A DNA stretch of 32,000 nucleotides from Candidatus Syntropharchaeum caldarium (GTDB lineage Archaea; Halobacteriota; Syntropharchaeia; Syntropharchaeales; Syntropharchaeaceae), in NCBI GenBank assembly GCA_001766815.1, contig LYOS01000003.1:85254-117253 (forward strand). Reading direction: 5' to 3'. Each line of letters begins with the position of its first letter. Within the stretch, counting starts at the first letter, position 1. Shown here piece by piece: positions 1-6,087 of the stretch. The notes under the pieces are model-generated. The model searched no databases. It saw only the letters and a program-made list of their open reading frames with translations, and was not told the DNA's origin. The translations under genes and the position numbers were made by a program.

Positions 1-1251
1 ACAGCGGGATTGATCATCCATGTGCTCTAAAACTTCGAGCGCATCCTCAAACTTACCCGCTTTAGCGAGCTTGGAAGCAATTCTATGCAAAGCCCATGAA
101 CGCCTCGTCTCATCATCTATACATTCTGCAAACCCAAGAGCTTCTTCAAGTATATCTCTGTATGGTTCACCGGCACCGGTAAGTTCCAGTGCAATCCCAC
201 ATAACGCCGATGAGCGCTGCGATCTATCACTTATACATCGTGCAACCTCGAGCGCTTCATCAAAAATCTCTTTAGATGGTTCACCTGCCCTGGCAAGCCC
301 TGATGCAGTATTACGTAATGCCCAGGAACGCCGAAGCTCATCCTTTATACTCCTTGTAGCCTCCAGTGCTTCTTCAAGTATATCTCTGTATGGTTTGCCT
401 GCCTCAGCAAGCCCTGATGCGATCACACGCAGGGGCAATGAGCGCAGATATTTGGTATTTATACTCCGTGCAACCTCGAGTGCCTCATCAAATTCTCCAG
501 CTTCAGCAAGCCCCACCACAACCTTGCGCAAGGCCCATGAAGAGTGGAAATCATCACATATACGTCCTGATATCTCAAGTGCCTCATCAAATTCTCCAGC
601 TTCAGCAAGCCCCACCACAACCTTGCGCAAGGCCCACGAACGCTGGTATCTATCTTCTATCTGCTCTGCAAACTCAAGTGCCTCATCAAGTACCTCTTTG
701 TACGGTTTCCCGGCTTCGGCAAGCCTCAGTGCGATCTCACGCAGTGCTTCCGCAACTCGGTGTCCATCACCTATACGCCGTGCAACCTCAAGCGCCTCAT
801 CAAATTCTCCAGCTTCAGCAAGCCCAGCTGCAATCTTACTCATAGCCTCCAGATGCTGATATCTATCCTTTATCCTCTCTGCAACATCGAGCACTTCTTC
901 AAGTACCTCTTTGTACGGTTTGCCGGCTTTGGCGAGCCCCACTGCAATCTTGAGCAAGGCTTCAAGACGCCCAAACTCATTGCTTATACTCCGTGAAATC
1001 TCAAGCGCCTCATCAAGTATCTCTCGATAGGGTTTCCCGGCTTCGGCAAGCCTCAGTGCGATCTCACGCAGTGCTTCCATTCGCTGATATTTATTTACTA
1101 TGCGCCCTGATATCTCAAGCGCCTCATCAAACTCTCCAGCTTCAGCGAGCCCCACTGCAATCTCACGCAGTGCTTCCATTCGCTGATATTTATCGGTTAT
1201 ACGATCTGCAACCCCCAGAGCTTCTTCAAGATAACGCCCCACAGCACCCAT
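1..1251 (-). CDS. alpha-helical tandem-repeat protein (TPR/HEAT-like); N-terminus in window, C-terminus runs off the left edge
   Basis: My own minus-strand translation from ATG 1251..1249 stays open for all 417 codons down to position 1. It reads MGAVGRYLEEALGVADRITDKYQRMEALREIAVGLAEAGEFDEALEISGRIVNKYQRMEALREIALRLAEAGKPYREILDEALE... There are at least 11 tandem units of 33 or 38 aa with the core LAEAG(EF or KPYxEIL)DEALE. It is missing from the ORF track because no stop lies in the window. The plus-strand ORFs at 20..1319 are Ser/Ala/Pro-rich antisense shadows. Confidence 0.75.
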   Translation of the reverse strand, partial: MGAVGRYLEEALGVADRITDKYQRMEALREIAVGLAEAGEFDEALEISGRIVNKYQRMEALREIALRLAEAGKPYREILDEALEISRSISNEFGRLEALLKIAVGLAKAGKPYKEVLEEVLDVAERIKDRYQHLEAMSKIAAGLAEAGEFDEALEVARRIGDGHRVAEALREIALRLAEAGKPYKEVLDEALEFAEQIEDRYQRSWALRKVVVGLAEAGEFDEALEISGRICDDFHSSWALRKVVVGLAEAGEFDEALEVARSINTKYLRSLPLRVIASGLAEAGKPYRDILEEALEATRSIKDELRRSWALRNTASGLARAGEPSKEIFDEALEVARCISDRSQRSSALCGIALELTGAGEPYRDILEEALGFAECIDDETRRSWALHRIASKLAKAGKFEDALEVLEHMDDQSRC

Positions 1252-1457
1252 ATTCTTCTCAAGCAACCACACCACCCACTTTTTTGGTGATCTTACTTCA
1301 CCCTGTTAATACGTACTGATTATTCAAGCTCAATTGATAAATACCTTCGCCTTCAACCGATCAACGATATTTGTTGCATCCCTGCTCGTTCTAATTTTGA
1401 AAATATCCCCTAAAGCATCACTTCACCATCAGGGTAAGAACACAACTATACCCACCG

Positions 1458-1463
1458 AAAAAA
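1458..1463 (-). terminator. oligo-T (T6) archaeal-type terminator candidate just downstream of repeat copy A
   Basis: On the minus strand the sequence reads TAG-aagatca-TTTTTT-cggtggg. The T6 run lies 7 nt after the relic stop codon at 1471..1473. Oligo-T tracts are the usual archaeal termination signal. Confidence 0.4.
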
Positions 1464-1600
1464 TGATCTTCTACTCTTCCCTCAACCTGTCCCCCACAGA
1501 TCGGATCTGATTCGCTGATTCATTCAGTCTTCCGCGCATCTTCATCAGTTCTCTACCAGCATCCCTCTCCTCTGATCCCTCTATCCGCGCAAGTTTTGTG
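1463..1600 (-). repeat. 138-bp direct repeat copy A: orphan copy of the last 43 codons, stop and 8 nt of 3' flank of the 343-aa gene at 5056..6087
   Basis: Base-by-base comparison with 5048..5185 gives 137/138 identical, with the single mismatch at 1576 (t) versus 5161 (c). The reading frame is closed upstream by a stop at 1612..1614, so this copy is a non-functional gene fragment. Confidence 0.9.
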
Positions 1601-1730
1601 TCCCCATCATTTTATCCCAGATCGCCCTTCCGCTTCCCCAATAAAGTTCTGTAGCCATATCCTCACAACAACCAAGCTCATCATACCTCGCTGGATCTCC
1701 TACATGATTCAGAAGCGGTATCATATCACC

Positions 1731-4502
1731 TCATGTGGTTGTTCCAGGCATCAGGTGCTCTTCGGTCAGGAAAGTCCAGTAGCCATACCCTGGCGTCATA
1801 TCTATGAACTCAGAGATTCCTGGAGCGGGTGGATAGCTGTACACGAGCCTGAGATCTGTAGATGCCATTCCCTGGTACTCGACCGTTGATAGCATCGTTG
1901 CCTTATCACTGAGTCCTGTGGCAAGGACAAACTCCTCAACAGTCCAGCCCTCATCTGTGATATGACCGATCATGTTCCAGCCAACATACAGCTCCTGTAC
2001 CGGTGGCACCAGGGTCGTTGTATCATAGTGGACACAGATCATCTCAGGTGCGACCTTATAGACCCAGTACCCTTGACATGGATGAACGATTATAGCACCG
2101 TCATTGATCCAGGAATCTGTTGCTGCATCGTAGTAATGTGCGCTCTCACCCATTGAAAGGTTGAAGAGTGTTACGGCATCGACCGGTATGATCGGTTTTG
2201 GAACAGATACGAGGTTCCACCCTGCCTCAAGGAACAGACAGAATCCGTCATCCACCGTCACATTCCTTGTTGTTGTGTTGGTTAAGCCGTCATTGTCTGT
2301 TATGGTTAAGGTTATATTATAGGTGCCTGGTTCTGTGTATGCATGGGTTATTACAGGATCTGAAACGGTTGTGGTGTTGCCATCATCGAAGTTCCAGGTG
2401 TAGTTGGTGATAGAGCCGTCATCGCTGGAGAGGGAGGCGTTGAAGGTGATGACTTGGTTAACGGGAGGGTTTTGTGGGGTGAAGGTGAAGGAGGTGGTTG
2501 GGGGTTGGTTTGCTGCAACATCCACCCAGATCGGATTCGTGTAACAGCGATATTGTTCGTTGTTTGTTGTGTTTGAATATGCCTCAACACGATAATAACA
2601 TGATTCATTTGGTGAGATTATCAATTCGTGTTCATCGCAAAGAGTGTTTTTTCCAATAGAAGATGGCTGGATCACTGTGAAATTGCTTTCCTCAGTTCCA
2701 TTGATCACTCCCTTCTTAACGATGATCTTGTTTATATAACCAAATTCTGGAGTGCTTATCCACTGGATATTTAATGTAAGATTGTCTCCAGAAATTGCAT
2801 CGCCGATAATTGCTGTATGCCCAGATTTGTTGGTAATATTAAATACTACCAACGGACCATCAGTCATTACAGAATGACCATGTCTAAGAGCATTGAGGAT
2901 TCCATCATCACTGAAATTCTCTGTGTACACATAGGTCCTTACTTTTCCAAAAGCATTGTTTGATTCTTTAGTGAATGGAGGGATTGTATAAGATATTGAA
3001 TGGCTAAAGTCGCCATGAGCATCGGTGCCACCAATAATAAACACATCTTTACGTCCATTCAATAACAAACGTTTCCATTGTTCTAACCCGTCGTCTCGTT
3101 CAGTCATCCAGTTTGTATCTTGAGTGCATTTTCCATTCCACACTTGAAGACCATTATACCCCATCAAATCATAGTCTTCGGTTATCCAAGGCACTCTATC
3201 AAAAGGCAAGGCTTCTACTCCACGATGTCCTTCTGGATGTGCCGCATAACTAACGCCACCCTGAGAATTAACTATATCAATAACATCTTCGAGATTCCAT
3301 GTTGGGTCATCACACCATGGATCATCATGACCTCCGGGGATGAAGTCCAATCCAGTTCCTCCAACATTGGTGAAATTTTCCATTCCAAAGACCAAAAAAT
3401 GAACAACACCTCTTGGGACTAAAGGATTAGGAGGGTTCTCATGTCCATAACAAGAGACTTCCTCTCCAAGAATAAGTTTGTACGAACCAGTGGTGTAAGA
3501 GCTGACCTCACTTTTAAGGGCATTCCACTTGTGGTTAGGGTCTGCTGTTCTACTATCTTTTATATCAAAAGAATGATCTGTAATCGCGTTCCAGTCAAGT
3601 CCAATAGCTTTTCCAGCTTCTACTGTAGCTTCTACTGGAAAGCCAAGTTCCACTAAATTATCGGTATAACTACTGTGATAATGCGTGTCGCCGGAATACC
3701 AGTTATTAAGGTGTGGCAGAGTTTCATTTGCAATGGTAACATTGAAATGGCTGTGTGCATCAGAATCCCAATCCCAGAATCCACCAATATCCCTAATTAC
3801 TACATGGAAACTAACATCCCCACTTAACCCATATTCAGATGGATCCAAATAAGTAATGCCATACCAATCGCCAGGATAATATAGATTATAAAATGATTCA
3901 TTTACTGTAATGCCATTCCATTTTGTTACAGTTTCTAAAAGAATATCATCTGCTTCATTATTATCTTTATCATAATCTTCATCTAAGTATATTTCTACAT
4001 TTCCCAAATCATAATCACCACAATACCAAATATCGGCATCTTTAATCATAACAAGAATGGGTATCCTGCCGGATTGAACTCTCCATGGTGCATCAGCAAA
4101 CACCTCTTTACACAAAGTATTAATCATTTTTACAGTTACTGTATTATTTGATGGTGAGACTTCATAATTGGAGCCTTCGTTGTCGAGTTCCCATATCGTT
4201 CTATGTCCATGTAACCGAACATATAGTTTATATTCCCCAAGAGGAACCGAAACATTCATATCTTTTTGTTCAGTGATATCAAATTCGCTGAAAACCTCTT
4301 CCTTTGTACCCTCTGTTCTAACCACTGTAACATGCATTGGAGAAAATTCTGGGTAGGTATATGAGGTATATGGAATTGAATCAGGAGAAACATCCAATAA
4401 TAGGGTTCCGGAATCTTCAGCATAAACGACGGATATCGTACAGAACATTCCGATTATGCAAACTATTCCGGCTAAACACAGTCTAAGGCAATTTTTCGTC
4501 AT
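1731..4502 (-). CDS. secreted PHP-domain metallohydrolase-like protein with a PKD domain and a C-terminal GW..GYW repeat region
   Basis: 923-aa ORF. The N-terminus is a hydrophobic signal/anchor (MTKNCLRLCLAGIVCIIGMFCTISVVYAEDSG). PHP-type metal motifs are present: GDTHYHSSYTDN (about 3657..3692), ITDHSF, AAHPEG and GGTDAHGDF. A classic PKD domain (TFTPQNPPVNQVITFNASLSSDDGSITNYTWNFDDGNTTTVSDPVITHAYTEPGTYNITLTITDNDG) lies at about 2265..2515. The start overlaps the upstream gene stop by 4 nt. Confidence 0.85.
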   Translation of the reverse strand: MTKNCLRLCLAGIVCIIGMFCTISVVYAEDSGTLLLDVSPDSIPYTSYTYPEFSPMHVTVVRTEGTKEEVFSEFDITEQKDMNVSVPLGEYKLYVRLHGHRTIWELDNEGSNYEVSPSNNTVTVKMINTLCKEVFADAPWRVQSGRIPILVMIKDADIWYCGDYDLGNVEIYLDEDYDKDNNEADDILLETVTKWNGITVNESFYNLYYPGDWYGITYLDPSEYGLSGDVSFHVVIRDIGGFWDWDSDAHSHFNVTIANETLPHLNNWYSGDTHYHSSYTDNLVELGFPVEATVEAGKAIGLDWNAITDHSFDIKDSRTADPNHKWNALKSEVSSYTTGSYKLILGEEVSCYGHENPPNPLVPRGVVHFLVFGMENFTNVGGTGLDFIPGGHDDPWCDDPTWNLEDVIDIVNSQGGVSYAAHPEGHRGVEALPFDRVPWITEDYDLMGYNGLQVWNGKCTQDTNWMTERDDGLEQWKRLLLNGRKDVFIIGGTDAHGDFSHSISYTIPPFTKESNNAFGKVRTYVYTENFSDDGILNALRHGHSVMTDGPLVVFNITNKSGHTAIIGDAISGDNLTLNIQWISTPEFGYINKIIVKKGVINGTEESNFTVIQPSSIGKNTLCDEHELIISPNESCYYRVEAYSNTTNNEQYRCYTNPIWVDVAANQPPTTSFTFTPQNPPVNQVITFNASLSSDDGSITNYTWNFDDGNTTTVSDPVITHAYTEPGTYNITLTITDNDGLTNTTTRNVTVDDGFCLFLEAGWNLVSVPKPIIPVDAVTLFNLSMGESAHYYDAATDSWINDGAIIVHPCQGYWVYKVAPEMICVHYDTTTLVPPVQELYVGWNMIGHITDEGWTVEEFVLATGLSDKATMLSTVEYQGMASTDLRLVYSYPPAPGISEFIDMTPGYGYWTFLTEEHLMPGTTT

Positions 4503-4918
4503 TTTATCAACACCTTCTTACCTATCACAGTTATTAAAAGACCAATCCCAATACCGATCATTATGCCGAAAAAGGTTGGCATTCCAACAAACCATATAAT
4601 AAAGAGAAGAAGTGACAATATACCTGCTAACGCAGTGGAAATTAAATGGGTAAGATATGCCGGTAAACAGATAACTTTTAAACTTTCTGGAAAAACAAAT
4701 TCATGCCCTGCAAATCCTTCTGCAAAGATCCCCCATGCGTAAAGAATTCCTGTGACAAGACCCCATACTCCGCCAACAATCGCCCCTCTTTTTGTCCACT
4801 TGCTCGTTTCAGTTTGCGATGGCTTATTTATCAAAAATATCAATAACAGACCAGGTAATCTTCTACCCAATATCATCCCCAGAACCACCTCTCCACCACG
4901 ACTATAAGAATGCTCCAT
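4499..4918 (-). CDS. small integral membrane protein (3-4 predicted TM helices), function unknown
   Basis: 139-aa ORF with several hydrophobic stretches (LPGLLLIFLI, AIVGGVWGLVTGILYAWGIF, ALAGILSLLLFIIWFVGMPTFFGIMIGIGIGLLITVIG). It has a 4-nt ATGA overlap with the 923-aa gene, and a TATA-like box lies 20-35 nt upstream. Confidence 0.7.
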   Translation of the reverse strand: MEHSYSRGGEVVLGMILGRRLPGLLLIFLINKPSQTETSKWTKRGAIVGGVWGLVTGILYAWGIFAEGFAGHEFVFPESLKVICLPAYLTHLISTALAGILSLLLFIIWFVGMPTFFGIMIGIGIGLLITVIGKKVLIK

Positions 4919-4938
4919 ACCAGTAGGAGTGGTGTGTG

Positions 4939-4953
4939 CTTATAATATATAAA
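4939..4953 (-). promoter_or_regulatory. TATA-box candidate for the 139-aa/923-aa gene pair (probably a leaderless or very short-leader mRNA)
   Basis: The minus strand reads tttatatattataag, centred about 28 nt upstream of the ATG at 4918. That is typical archaeal TATA-to-start spacing for leaderless transcripts. Confidence 0.5.
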
Positions 4954-4962
4954 CTTGACGAG

Positions 4963-4972
4963 CCCCCCCCCC
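4963..4972. repeat. C10/G10 homopolymer tract
   Basis: The sequence agCCCCCCCCCCag was counted directly. It lies 9 nt upstream (in the minus sense) of the TATA candidate at 4939..4953. Confidence 0.9.
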
Positions 4973-5047
4973 AGCGTTATGTTATATCGCCATACCCACC
5001 ATGAACCATCTTCAAAATCGCTATCAGATCACGCATCTCGCACGTAG

Positions 5048-5185
5048 ATGATCTTCTACTCTTCCCTCAACCTGTCCCCCACAGATCGGATCTGATTCGC
5101 TGATTCATTCAGTCTTCCGCGCATCTTCATCAGTTCTCTACCAGCATCCCTCTCCTCTGACCCCTCTATCCGCGCAAGTTTTGTG
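5048..5185 (-). repeat. 138-bp direct repeat copy B: the functional 3' end of the 343-aa gene plus 8 nt of flank
   Basis: 137/138 identical to 1463..1600. It encodes the C-terminal ...TKLARIEGSEERDAGRELMKMRGRLNESANQIRSVGDRLREE* of the 5056..6087 product. Confidence 0.9.
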
Positions 5186-6087
5186 GCAATAGTGTTTATC
5201 GATCGTGAAGTATCTTCGATAGTGGATGAGACCTCTTTAAGCTCAGAAGCGAGTGCCGCCATGTCAACTCCGCCTTCCTTACCCTTCAATGCATAGACAA
5301 AGCCACCACCGACTATGATACCAAGTACGATCGCAAGAATAACATAAAGGAGGACCGGGGGCGGAGCTATATCCTCAGATAGTGCTTTGTAATCCTCTGA
5401 GAGAATTAATGCCCATCCTGGATGCCCTTCTTCATAGAGACGTCTTATATTCGATTCAAGCTCACTCTCGCCGATTGTTTCACTCGCACTTGCAAGATTT
5501 GCTTCCATCTCCTCTCCTGCATCATCCAGAGCCTCACTTGTTGCGTAAAATTCCATGGACGGTACAAGCTTCTGCACGACTCGTTTTAGCGTACTGCCAT
5601 CTGTTGTGGTTCCGATCGTCAACGTCACATACACTCTCTTTTTCCCAATTCCTGTGAGATCCACGGACTCAAAATTAGGCTCTCTGACCTGTATCACGGC
5701 TTCGGGAACAGTTCCAGCGAGAATTATCGTTGGAGGGGTGAGTGCATGCTCCGCTTCTCCCTTCCATGTAATGACTGTGGCAGATGTATAGATATCCTGG
5801 CCATACTGCCATTCTGGATCTTCAAGGTTCGTCCGAAGCTCCAGGACGTACTCATCAGATATCGGATTATCCGTCTTCTCGATTGCGATGTGAAACTCAA
5901 GGTCATGCCCTTCAAGCTGTTCGCTATCTATGAAATCGGAGTACGGAATCTTACTACCTGTGTGCATATCGATGACGTATGACTTTGCCTCATCAATCCT
6001 CAGGATATCCTGGGCTGCAACACTACCACTCAGGATGTAAAAGAGTACAAACGCTATCAGAAGCGTCTTCTTCATTTTTTTCTTCAT
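5056..6087 (-). CDS. type-I membrane protein: signal peptide, ~220-aa ectodomain, single TM, ~75-aa cytoplasmic coiled-coil tail (last gene of the tubulin-like operon)
   Basis: 343-aa ORF. The signal peptide is MKKKMKKTLLIAFVLFYILSGSVAAQD. The TM segment is PPPVLLYVILAIVLGIIVGGGFVYAL, near aa 245-268. The C-terminus is charged and helical. It has a 4-nt ATGA overlap with the 863-aa gene. Confidence 0.8.
   Translation of the reverse strand: MKKKMKKTLLIAFVLFYILSGSVAAQDILRIDEAKSYVIDMHTGSKIPYSDFIDSEQLEGHDLEFHIAIEKTDNPISDEYVLELRTNLEDPEWQYGQDIYTSATVITWKGEAEHALTPPTIILAGTVPEAVIQVREPNFESVDLTGIGKKRVYVTLTIGTTTDGSTLKRVVQKLVPSMEFYATSEALDDAGEEMEANLASASETIGESELESNIRRLYEEGHPGWALILSEDYKALSEDIAPPPVLLYVILAIVLGIIVGGGFVYALKGKEGGVDMAALASELKEVSSTIEDTSRSINTIATKLARIEGSEERDAGRELMKMRGRLNESANQIRSVGDRLREE

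Noticed and set aside
20-1319. Four overlapping plus-strand ORFs (279, 159, 78 and 108 aa) and a regular ~100-nt periodicity that could suggest a CRISPR-like or non-coding repeat array
   Set aside because: Their translations are Ser/Ala/Pro-rich low-complexity sequence. The opposite strand gives a clean 417-codon open frame of TPR-like repeats. The periodic units (99 and 114 nt) are contiguous coding repeats without unique spacers, so this is not a CRISPR array.
1463-5185. Calling the repeat-flanked cassette an integrated mobile element or provirus
   Set aside because: No integrase, transposase, recombinase, replication or capsid-like gene is present, and there are no inverted terminal repeats. 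I therefore report it only as a repeat-bracketed insertion or duplication scar, not as a mobile_element feature.
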